Made by a program: the position numbers and the translations under genes. Positions 44,538-53,457 of a DNA stretch of 64,000 bases are shown in pieces (within the stretch, counting starts at the first letter, position 1; the number at the start of each line of letters is the position of its first letter). The notes below the pieces were generated by a model that made no database searches, was not told the origin of the DNA, and worked only from the letters and a program-made list of their open reading frames with translations. Location: positions 124,001-188,000 of IMG/VR virus record IMGVR_UViG_3300029893_000001. One strand, written 5' to 3'.

Positions 44538-47500
44538 TTAGACCTGTTCTCCGAAGAATCTCCGGTCTACAGAGTAGAGACCGAAGAGGCGCTTGATGGG
44601 ATACCTAGCATTCCACCAGTACTGGAAGTTGTAGGCGGTCCGGGAATCCCTAGCCCTGAAAACTCGAACGTCCTCATCAGGGTCAATCGGACGTGCATTT
44701 CCAGATTCATCCGTGTAGGGCCCGATAATGCCCTGAGCAACCAAGTTGGTTAGAATGTCCACAAGGAATGTCTGAATGATGGCGACGCCAGCCTGCTCCG
44801 ATGGGGGCACGATAGAAATCAGTGCGTTGTCCATTTGGTCGCGGATGACACGAGTCGTGTACTCCTTCTGATTGATGGCAACGCTGATTTCGCTGTTGTC
44901 GTCACTGCTGCGATCGACCGTTGTGCTTTCCTCGATTCGGAACACAGGAGCTACATCATCGCCCACGTTAGTGACGTAGACAATACCAGCACCAATTAGC
45001 TGGAGCTGCTCAGGCTCTCCGTAGCCCTCAATCGAATCGAACCCAAAGAGATTCTTCCTAAGAAGAGTCTCACCAGGATCGGAGAAGCTGGCATTCCGGG
45101 CCGCAAATGCACCAGCGATGAAAGAACCATCGAGAGTCACAACGACCTGTGTCCCATCGGTGAGAACGATCGTCTTTGTGGCTTCCGTGTTTCCGATCAA
45201 AACGCGCTTACCATGTGCCGGATTTTCACCGAACACCTGTAGAGTACGGCGAGCAAGGAAGATCAGGGTTCCAGCCGTATTGTCGTCACCAATAGCAGTT
45301 CCAATGGGCGCACCGACCCAAAGTGCCCGCTCACCACGTTCAAAAGGATCGTTCATCTTCTCGTTGTTAGCCAACGCCGCAGAGAGTGCGCCGAAAGTGT
45401 TCAAAACAACGACGTCTGTCAGATTTCGTTCCTCTTCTGTCGCCTCGATAGCGGTGATGACGTCCACATTTGTAATGACGCCGTCACCGTCTGAGTCCGC
45501 AGCTTGGCAGAAGTAAGCCCCCGGCGCGTCGTTGTCCTCCAACGCAATTTGGGCCATGATGAGAAGATCATTCGTGGTCGCACTGGGACCTAGGAGACGA
45601 GCAGCCTCCTCGTACGAGAGGGCACGAATTGGAGTGTTGAACAGCTCAGTAGGACGAACGGTGTTCGCCGTGATGTAGTACAGCGCGGAAGGAGCAGGCT
45701 CCGGACCGATCGTTTCGTAACGAATCTCGATGGGGTTTGTCGGAGCCGTAGTAAACGCAACATAGGGCTGCGTAGTCGACGGGAGTGAGTACGAAGTAAT
45801 TAGTGCGCCTGTGACTGTGTCCCGGATGTATCGCACGTCCGTAGGCACATCGCTTAGTACGACATACTTGAGACCGACAGTACCAGTGATCACACCCAAA
45901 GTGTCTGTATAGACCTGAGTAGGGTCAATCGTCTCTGTCTGAAGAGTAGTCAGCGACCAATCCAACACATCATCATTAACCGTGTCCCAAGTCCACTGGT
46001 CCCCAATTTGATAACGGTTGGCATCCGTAGTAATGGATCCAATGTTCCGGGCCCACAGATTGATAACACCAGGGAAGAAAAGCTGTCCAGCAGGACCCGT
46101 AGACTGGAGTAGGCCGAAGCTGCCCTCCGGGGTACCAGTCTGGTACGAGAAAGTGACCTGGTTGTTACTTCCCGACGTTCCAACTGCTGAAACATCTAGC
46201 ACAAATTCGCGGTCATCCTTTGCGGTAATGAAAGAACGTGCGGCGTTAGCCTGGAACCAGAATGTATCGTTCACCGCGAAGTTAGATGCCCCGAAGCTCA
46301 AGCTGATAAGAACACCGTCTCCTAGGTCGACGCTATCGTTGGTTCCGGTGGCTTCCGAAATCGAGAACGTACGACCAGCGCCATTGTACAACAGGTCTCC
46401 AAACTCTCCCCATGCTTGCCAGACAAACGTAGCAGTACGGGCTCCTGGTGCGCCGACAGAAGCTGTACAAATTAGAGCATAACGCTTGTTAGCCAAACCT
46501 GTGAATTCGGCGTCATCTCTAATAGAGATTGTGCCAGTACCAGCAACTGCACCGCCGACTGTAGTTGAATAGTTCGGAGCGACTGCTGTCTGAGTTACAG
46601 CGCCAGACCCAACCGCAGAGAAGCTGGAATGCTGACGGGTGTTGTTGACGGCAGAGTCAACCTCAATGAAAGAGGGACCCACCTGAGTAACTTCGTAAAC
46701 CTCATCACCAGTGATGACACCACCTGTGTCGTCGACAATGATGGAAATCGTATCCCCAGTAATGTCTGTGAAGTTCACTGGCGTAGACACGCCGGCCGGA
46801 GCATCAAATTCGACACTGACAGCAGGAGAAGTCAAACCAGTGTGGAACGGAAGCTGAGGCTGGGCTCCAGATGCAGTTGAGCCAAACATCTGAGCTGCCG
46901 TAAGAGAAGCGCCGGGGGCAACTTCAGGAAGGGCGGACCCAGAATCCTCAAATACTTCAATCGTCCCAGGAATGGTCAATCCGGGAGCGCCAAAGCTTAC
47001 ACGAATACGACGATTGTATCTGTGATTCGAGCTAGACGTTCCCTGAACACCCACAACGGGAGAGCCGGTACCACTAACCTTTCGAAAGAATCCCGCAGTA
47101 GTATAGGTGGCCGCAACCATGGCAGCCGAAGGGAATTGAAGGCCAGTTGTTCCAAGGATGGCATTGGCAGTGCCTGCCGAAACAAGAACGCGTGAAACAC
47201 CAGGGTCGAAGCTGTTTGAACGAAGAGTGATGAATCCGCCAGAGGTCTCAATAGCAGTTCCCTGCGCAGAGACTACAGCGTTGATTGTAGCCACAACCTG
47301 TGCTGTGGTGAACGTGCCCGCAGTAAAATTCACCGCAAAAGCGGTTCCATTGAACGAGACGTTCAATACTTCACCGCCAGCAAAGATGTATGGTCCAGCA
47401 ATTGTAGAGGTTACCTGTGCCGGCTGAAATCCTCGGGCCGTTGACGCTGAGTAGGCATTTCCTACATCTGCTGTCGGTGTTGTAATGGACACCGGAACGA

Positions 47501-48008
47501 AGTAGTGGACGTACTCTTCGTACCGATCCTGGTTCTCGGTGTCTCCCACGAAGCGCACCTCACGAATGTCATCGAAAGGTAGCGCGTCTCGAATAGTCCT
47601 AGACGTGGACTGATAGTCAAGTTCGTAAGTCACACTGAGATCAAATGCCTCAGGTGCAAGAAGAACAGTGTCGAACGTCCCGCTGCCTGGCGTTGACTCG
47701 ATGAACTGCCACTTGGACGCGGGGACGATAATACCATCCGAACGGAAAAGCCGAGCAACTGTCTGATCATTTAGTGCCGGCTGGGCGAGCGTCACAACGT
47801 GAGGCGCCACGGAAGGAAAGGGAAGGTTGACGTCTGAGAGGTAACTACGCCGAATTGGCTGGTTGAACACCGTTCGAAGACGGCTACCACGGCCTACGTA
47901 GCAAGGAAGACGAACAAAACCAGTAAGACCAGTAGGAGCGACTCGGTTGACACGGCCGATGTATACACCAGGCTTGGTCACACGAGTTGTTACTAATACG
48001 TCAGCCAT
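44538..48008 (-). CDS. contractile tail sheath protein with large inserted domains
   Basis: N-terminal KPGVYI; C-terminal sheath fold (EISV...YPIKRL); 1156 aa. Confidence 0.85.
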   Translation of the reverse strand: MADVLVTTRVTKPGVYIGRVNRVAPTGLTGFVRLPCYVGRGSRLRTVFNQPIRRSYLSDVNLPFPSVAPHVVTLAQPALNDQTVARLFRSDGIIVPASKWQFIESTPGSGTFDTVLLAPEAFDLSVTYELDYQSTSRTIRDALPFDDIREVRFVGDTENQDRYEEYVHYFVPVSITTPTADVGNAYSASTARGFQPAQVTSTIAGPYIFAGGEVLNVSFNGTAFAVNFTAGTFTTAQVVATINAVVSAQGTAIETSGGFITLRSNSFDPGVSRVLVSAGTANAILGTTGLQFPSAAMVAATYTTAGFFRKVSGTGSPVVGVQGTSSSNHRYNRRIRVSFGAPGLTIPGTIEVFEDSGSALPEVAPGASLTAAQMFGSTASGAQPQLPFHTGLTSPAVSVEFDAPAGVSTPVNFTDITGDTISIIVDDTGGVITGDEVYEVTQVGPSFIEVDSAVNNTRQHSSFSAVGSGAVTQTAVAPNYSTTVGGAVAGTGTISIRDDAEFTGLANKRYALICTASVGAPGARTATFVWQAWGEFGDLLYNGAGRTFSISEATGTNDSVDLGDGVLISLSFGASNFAVNDTFWFQANAARSFITAKDDREFVLDVSAVGTSGSNNQVTFSYQTGTPEGSFGLLQSTGPAGQLFFPGVINLWARNIGSITTDANRYQIGDQWTWDTVNDDVLDWSLTTLQTETIDPTQVYTDTLGVITGTVGLKYVVLSDVPTDVRYIRDTVTGALITSYSLPSTTQPYVAFTTAPTNPIEIRYETIGPEPAPSALYYITANTVRPTELFNTPIRALSYEEAARLLGPSATTNDLLIMAQIALEDNDAPGAYFCQAADSDGDGVITNVDVITAIEATEEERNLTDVVVLNTFGALSAALANNEKMNDPFERGERALWVGAPIGTAIGDDNTAGTLIFLARRTLQVFGENPAHGKRVLIGNTEATKTIVLTDGTQVVVTLDGSFIAGAFAARNASFSDPGETLLRKNLFGFDSIEGYGEPEQLQLIGAGIVYVTNVGDDVAPVFRIEESTTVDRSSDDNSEISVAINQKEYTTRVIRDQMDNALISIVPPSEQAGVAIIQTFLVDILTNLVAQGIIGPYTDESGNARPIDPDEDVRVFRARDSRTAYNFQYWWNARYPIKRLFGLYSVDRRFFGEQV

Positions 48009-48083
48009 TTTTCCTCTTCTTCACTCTGTACTCTGATTATTGATTATCAGTAGGCAGAGATTCGATTTATTGGAATTCCAGAA

Positions 48084-48557
48084 TCACTCACCGAGGTCCA
48101 GTGCAATTTCATCCAAGGTCTCATCCTCAGAAGGTGTAGGTGTTGCCGCCGGAGCAGCCTCCTCTTCGCCTTCTGGGGGAAGCTCCTGCCCACCAGCAGC
48201 CGACGGATCCATGTCCATCTTTTGGCTAGCGATATCTCGAAGAGTACGATAGAACTCATGTAAGTCCTTTTCGTGCTTCTCTGCATCGCGAACGAGTTTT
48301 TTGACCAGTCTAACCTGCTCACTGTCCGGGCCATACTGGTCCATAAAAATGTAGATCAGATTTTGGCCACGGTTGTTGTTCCACCAATTGAGGAAGTCCG
48401 GCCAGGACTCAACCTCAATGTTAGACTCTTTCGCGGCCTCACGAATTGAACTCGCCCGAAGTTCCCGAAGGGCTCGTGTGATACCGGCAGATACGCTGTC
48501 CAGGCCCCGTCGTTCTGCAACAGCAGCCATCTTCATGAGGTTGGCTTCGATATCCAT
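48084..48557 (-). CDS. hypothetical protein
   Basis: ORF upstream of the sheath gene. Confidence 0.65.
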   Translation of the reverse strand: MDIEANLMKMAAVAERRGLDSVSAGITRALRELRASSIREAAKESNIEVESWPDFLNWWNNNRGQNLIYIFMDQYGPDSEQVRLVKKLVRDAEKHEKDLHEFYRTLRDIASQKMDMDPSAAGGQELPPEGEEEAAPAATPTPSEDETLDEIALDLGE

Positions 48558-48680
48558 ATTTGGTCGACCTTAGGTTGGTTTCGAAATAAGCAGGCCTTGC
48601 AAAGTTCTGAACTTGAACTTTCGAGCTTTTAGCACGTGGCAATCAGTAGATAAGAGAAGCGGTTGAAGGTTTAAGTGACA

Positions 48681-48711
48681 AAAGGCCCACGAGGACATCC
48701 TCGGGGGCCTT
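48681..48711. terminator. terminator-like hairpin
   Basis: AAAGGCCC.CGAGGA/TCCTCG.GGGCCTTT. Confidence 0.65.
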
Positions 48712-48716
48712 TGAAC

Positions 48717-49304
48717 TTAGCGTTGCTGTTCTCTCCTAGAATCCCAGCTCAGGCCGTCCGACCCGAGATCCGTCTGGGCATAAGCACTGCGCTCGTGCTC
48801 GCTATCACGATAAGCAACTCCCAGAAACAAATCCCGAAAAAACTTCTTCAGCTTTTGGAAGAAGGGGCCTTCAGTAGGCCAGCTCACATGGTGACCGTAA
48901 CGAAGCATTGCCATCACGAAATTGGGAAGTTGCCACATCCCTCCGGATGCCCACAGCAAAAACCCCAACAACACGTTTCCAGTACTGATTGCAACAACAA
49001 TCCCTATGGTAAGACTGAGAAACATGAGATCCTCAATTTGATCCAGGTGGATTTGCTCATGGCGCTCACTGGAGGCCTTATGACCAGGGAGCCAGATAAT
49101 CGCACGACCTATGGTTGTGGAAAACGGGTATACCTTCCGCACCCAGGGTCTCCACTCAGATGTGAGGACTCCAGCTCCGTGAAATCTAAGCTTTCGAATG
49201 TCCGCCAGGAAAAGAAGGCAACAGCAAACACACCAAAGCCAGCCAACTAGAGACCAAGGCGCCGTAAAGGCAAACCTTACCCAAGCAAGTACTGTCTTCA
49301 ACAT
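48717..49304 (-). CDS. membrane protein with an HExxH motif
   Basis: TM segments, RHEQIH, E..AY. Confidence 0.65.
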   Translation of the reverse strand: MLKTVLAWVRFAFTAPWSLVGWLWCVCCCLLFLADIRKLRFHGAGVLTSEWRPWVRKVYPFSTTIGRAIIWLPGHKASSERHEQIHLDQIEDLMFLSLTIGIVVAISTGNVLLGFLLWASGGMWQLPNFVMAMLRYGHHVSWPTEGPFFQKLKKFFRDLFLGVAYRDSEHERSAYAQTDLGSDGLSWDSRREQQR

Positions 49305-50182
49305 TAACGACTCCTGTTGACTGGGCGTACAAAACGGATGTCATGCCCAGAATCACGATAAGGCGTGAACCGCTTTTTCATTACTCGGGCAGCGTCAGGA
49401 TTGTTGTCGATCAGTATAAATCTTCGACCAAGGCGAAGAGCTGCTTCACCTGTAGTACCGCTCCCGGCAAAGCAGTCCAAAACTAATCCCTCCAGAGGAC
49501 TTGAAGCTCGAACTATACGCTCCAGTACCGAAATCGGCTTCTGCGTCGGATAGCCTGTTTTTTCCTTCCCAGTTGGAGACACAATTGTGTGCCACCAGAC
49601 GTCAGTGGGCAATTTCCCTCTGGCTGCTTTTTCCTTGCTTACCATCCCAGGAGCCATGTAGGGCTCCCGATCAATATCGTCGACGTTGAATACATGCACC
49701 CCGTTCTGCTTTGCCCAGACCAAAATGTTGTCGTGCTTAGCAGGCCATCGATTCTTTGGTTTGGCTCCATAATCGTAAGCCCAAATGATCTCGTTCAGAA
49801 AGTTGTCCCTGCCAAAGATCTGGTCGCCGATAAATCTGGCGTAGTGGACTTCACGATAGTCGAGGTGCAAGTAGAGAGACCCGGAAGGCTTTAACACTCG
49901 ATGTAAGTGAAGGAGTCGCATACGCAGAAAACTCAAGTATGCCCGCTCTTCAAACGTGTCCTCGTAAGAAAAGAGGTCCCCCAGACCTTCCGTAACATAC
50001 TGATTGCCCCCAAATCCCTGACGGTCACCGTCCCTCTCAACCTTGCGCATTTTTGCATTTTGTCTTGTGCGCTTCCTACCGGTATTAAACGGCGGGTCTA
50101 TATAGACCAAGTCTACTGACTCGTCGGGAATCTTGGACAGGATCTCAAGATTGTCCGCTAAATACACTTTGCTATGTGACAT
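49304..50182 (-). CDS. DNA methyltransferase (N6-A/N4-C, beta class)
   Basis: YIDPPF, YPTQKP, DCFAGSGTTG. Confidence 0.95.
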   Translation of the reverse strand: MSHSKVYLADNLEILSKIPDESVDLVYIDPPFNTGRKRTRQNAKMRKVERDGDRQGFGGNQYVTEGLGDLFSYEDTFEERAYLSFLRMRLLHLHRVLKPSGSLYLHLDYREVHYARFIGDQIFGRDNFLNEIIWAYDYGAKPKNRWPAKHDNILVWAKQNGVHVFNVDDIDREPYMAPGMVSKEKAARGKLPTDVWWHTIVSPTGKEKTGYPTQKPISVLERIVRASSPLEGLVLDCFAGSGTTGEAALRLGRRFILIDNNPDAARVMKKRFTPYRDSGHDIRFVRPVNRSR

Positions 50183-51234
50183 CAGGAAGGAATAACCTTG
50201 ACGTTCCAGGTCCCCAGAATTTTGGGGCCATTACTCGCGCCAGGCGTCTCCTCGATGAGTTTTACAGCAAAAGTACCCAGTCTCTTCGGGACAATCGCAC
50301 ACGTTCTAGGATCGATCAGGGCCACGCGCGGATTGTCAGAGATAAATGAAGCACGCGCAGGAATCCATGGCGCCTCAATTAGTGCGTGCTGTGAAAGCCG
50401 GACTGTCTGTGGAACCCGAATGTTGTCCACCGAAGGAGCGGTAGACAAAGGAACCGCCTGCCCCGTGTCTAGGCGAAACCCAATCGGTACTCTACTGTCA
50501 AACGCACTCTCAACCTTGTGCAAGTCAGGATGAACTTGATTGTCAAACCCGACACGGATCAAACCCTCAAAAACTGGAGTAAGAGAAATCGTTGTCATCC
50601 AGAGGCTGTCCTTCTGGTCCTCTGGAAGGTTACGTCGCTCCAATCCAGATGACTGCAGGTCTAATGGCAGCCGAACTTCCCATTTGTCTTCTGGGCGTTT
50701 GCTTCGAATGACGTGCCCCTTGTTAGCGTGAGACAGGGGCCCGAGAATGTAGACCAAAATGTCGCGAATATCGCCACAAGTAGTTTCATCCATAGCAGCA
50801 ATTCGAAGCTCAAGAGGAATGTTCGCCAGCATTGTGAGCTGAATGGACGACGTATTGATATTAATAGGCCACGAGTCCGTTATTCCACCAAGTCCAGGAT
50901 TTTCGTATTCGAATCCGCTATCAATGATCAGGATGCAAGGCAATCTCTGACGTAGTTCTGTCCAGTACTTCTGAAGCTGAACCTCGAAGATCGTCGGGTC
51001 GTCCTCGTCACGAGCACCCTTGATTCGGGTCTCAAATTGAACCGAAAAGTGAGCAGTCAAATTCAACAGTCGACGATGAATGCCGTCAGGAGCCAGAAAT
51101 AGACTAAGATAGGACTGGATTGCGCTCTTAACGGTTTCAGTTACACGAGCTTCCGCATCCCTCGCAACGGCTTCGCGCTTCGAGCGCGGGACCGCGTTGT
51201 AGATGAAGTCCTCTGGCTTCTGCTCTTCTGCCAT
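50182..51234 (-). CDS. probable virion structural (neck/tail-completion-like) protein
   Basis: RLPCILI motif and an Ig-like C-terminus; function inferred. Confidence 0.5.
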   Translation of the reverse strand: MAEEQKPEDFIYNAVPRSKREAVARDAEARVTETVKSAIQSYLSLFLAPDGIHRRLLNLTAHFSVQFETRIKGARDEDDPTIFEVQLQKYWTELRQRLPCILIIDSGFEYENPGLGGITDSWPININTSSIQLTMLANIPLELRIAAMDETTCGDIRDILVYILGPLSHANKGHVIRSKRPEDKWEVRLPLDLQSSGLERRNLPEDQKDSLWMTTISLTPVFEGLIRVGFDNQVHPDLHKVESAFDSRVPIGFRLDTGQAVPLSTAPSVDNIRVPQTVRLSQHALIEAPWIPARASFISDNPRVALIDPRTCAIVPKRLGTFAVKLIEETPGASNGPKILGTWNVKVIPS

Positions 51235-51269
51235 GCCAGAGCCAGATAAGCGGACTGAAGGCCAGAGTT

Positions 51270-51314
51270 AAAGCAAAAGGGCTCGGAGCAGCCAGCCCCG
51301 AGCCCTTTTGCTTT
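51270..51314. terminator. terminator-like hairpin
   Basis: AAAGCAAAAGGGCTCGG/CCGAGCCCTTTTGCTTT. Confidence 0.7.
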
Positions 51315-51340
51315 TGTGGGAAGGTAACCTTCGCCTAATT

Positions 51341-51823
51341 TTAGTCGTCCTCGATGGAGTCGAGGAAGTTACGCAAGTCTGTCGCAGACTTAACGTTCTT
51401 CGGCACCGGTTTCCTGCCCAGGTAGGCCATGTCCTCTACAGACAAGTACATCGCGGGGCCGCGTGTTCCGGGGTGATCAATCACAAAGTGTGTGATCTCC
51501 TCCATCTTGCTCACCAGAATACGACGAGCGATTTTGAGGAGGCCAACCTGAAGGACCTCCACACGCCCGTTCGCATCCTTATGCGTTCTCCGCGGTAGCT
51601 GATATAGATTCTTGACCGCCTCAGGATTCCGCATGTAGCAGTATTTCATTGCGGATTCCTTAGACGTCCAAATGAGGACAACGTACTTGCCCGTCGTGAT
51701 GTCCAGCTCTACAGCAGGGATTCCAACGTCACTTCGTTCGTTGATCGCCCAAAAATACTGGGCGTTCAGATCGAGCTTGACTTGCTTCTCATCGGCACTT
51801 TCCGGTGCGTCGGCTACTGTCAT
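51341..51823 (-). CDS. hypothetical protein
   Basis: GAGGAG RBS; coupled ORF. Confidence 0.65.
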   Translation of the reverse strand: MTVADAPESADEKQVKLDLNAQYFWAINERSDVGIPAVELDITTGKYVVLIWTSKESAMKYCYMRNPEAVKNLYQLPRRTHKDANGRVEVLQVGLLKIARRILVSKMEEITHFVIDHPGTRGPAMYLSVEDMAYLGRKPVPKNVKSATDLRNFLDSIEDD

Positions 51824-52617
51824 GATGGCTCCTCTTCACTGGAAGGTGATGAGGGTACAGCCAGGCTACGAAGCCTGTCACGCCAACGCACAACGTTACG
51901 ATAGTAACGGTAGTTGAAGCGTTGAGGACTGTTGTGCTGCACCCAGTAACCCTCCAAACAGGGGATAGAATAACGCACCGTGCGAACGGTGCCATCCCTT
52001 CTATTTACCAAGTGCACGCCCCGAAATTCACGAACAGTGTCACAAATCGTCCGATAACGTCGCATCGAAACGGCCAGCATGTGAATGCTTGTACGAGCAT
52101 CCAACAGATCACCAGCATCCTCTAGGCCTACCCGGGCAGCAACGACACCAGGCCAACGAAACTGGACCAAGCCCGCGTCGAATGACGTAGACACTCCCAT
52201 GCGAGAGCGCCATGCACGATTTCGAAGCAGCCGAACCAAGTCGGCCTCGCGAGGCTCATGACCGTACTGCTGAACAAAATGCTCGGTGAAAAGATTCCGG
52301 GCCCCACGAGAAATGGCGCACCTATTGAAGCTGCTCTCTTGCATGGCAATTGATGCTCCAATCCATGGGTTAAACCCGGGATCACTCGCATGCTCTGCAG
52401 TCAAGAAACGAGCGTATTCCTGAGAACGCAGAAGAGCCTCGTCAGCACTTAGATAGCTACCGCATTCGCGCCAGCGCAGAGTGCCCCTTTCTCCGGTCTT
52501 CAACCTGTGAATAGCCCTTGCCAACCCTTCTTCGTCCGGAGACATGGTTTGCGCAAGCGCAGGACACACGCCTAGAGTCGCGAGAAGAATGAGCAGAATG
52601 GAAAAAATCTTGTCCAT
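51820..52617 (-). CDS. secreted lytic transglycosylase-like protein
   Basis: Signal peptide, IAMQESSF, DAGLVQ, HN..Y pattern. Confidence 0.6.
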   Translation of the reverse strand: MDKIFSILLILLATLGVCPALAQTMSPDEEGLARAIHRLKTGERGTLRWRECGSYLSADEALLRSQEYARFLTAEHASDPGFNPWIGASIAMQESSFNRCAISRGARNLFTEHFVQQYGHEPREADLVRLLRNRAWRSRMGVSTSFDAGLVQFRWPGVVAARVGLEDAGDLLDARTSIHMLAVSMRRYRTICDTVREFRGVHLVNRRDGTVRTVRYSIPCLEGYWVQHNSPQRFNYRYYRNVVRWRDRLRSLAVPSSPSSEEEPS

Positions 52618-52797
52618 AAAAACGCCTAAGGGGCAAGCCGAGAAGCTCGCCCCACATTGGTTGGTTTGTTGTCGGTTCAGTGAGGCAGGATTTCCTGCCT
52701 AGGACTGCACCACGAGTTTACTTCATCTCGTCGTACATTTAGCTGATCGAGTGTGTTTTTCTTTCTCTTGCCTTCCCTAAAAGGATGACCGCTAAAA

Positions 52798-53457
52798 TTA
52801 GCGGTGAAGAATCTCCTCCATCACTTGGTCCAAACATAGGAACAGGTGCTCCTTAGAGGAGTTGTTGTCGATAACGAAATCAAACGACTCCAGAGGAATT
52901 CCTTCTAGCTCTAGTTCCGAAGGATGGGTCGACGTTCTTTCTCCACGGAGAAGTCGAATGACTACACCCCCAGCACCCTGAATCGAGGTCAACTCATTTA
53001 CGAACCTCACATCAGGGATCGCGTGACGGTCATCGCCTGTTTGGCGAATGTAGTTCAAACACGCCGCTACCCAAATGTTGGGGCAAATCCGACGCCCCCA
53101 TTCGGTGCCGAGTGACTGCAAGGCGAGCCTTGGGCTAATAAACTGAGGAAAAAACTCCCCGTCTGAGCCCCGCTGCCAAAACCTGGAGGTGTCGAGGGCC
53201 ACCTTATCTAAAGGCATGCCATCGACAGGATCAAGTCCTGAAAATGGGTACCTCTCGTCTGGACGCTCCCTAAGCTCGCTGGGCCCCCACAGGTGGTCCT
53301 TGGGGAAGGCAAAGATCTCGTGGCAAACCCTCTTGATAGGGTCTGCAAGCGACACCTTAGCGTATCCATACTTGGATACGAGGTAGTCCGCGGCCGTGTC
53401 TTTGCCTGAGCCCTTAAATCCGCAAAGGCCTACTGTTCGAGTTAGAGAATCCAGCAT
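52798..53457 (-). CDS. deoxynucleoside monophosphate kinase
   Basis: GFKGSGKDT, LADPIK, PRLALQSLGTE, DVRFVNE, HPSE. Confidence 0.92.
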   Translation of the reverse strand: MLDSLTRTVGLCGFKGSGKDTAADYLVSKYGYAKVSLADPIKRVCHEIFAFPKDHLWGPSELRERPDERYPFSGLDPVDGMPLDKVALDTSRFWQRGSDGEFFPQFISPRLALQSLGTEWGRRICPNIWVAACLNYIRQTGDDRHAIPDVRFVNELTSIQGAGGVVIRLLRGERTSTHPSELELEGIPLESFDFVIDNNSSKEHLFLCLDQVMEEILHR

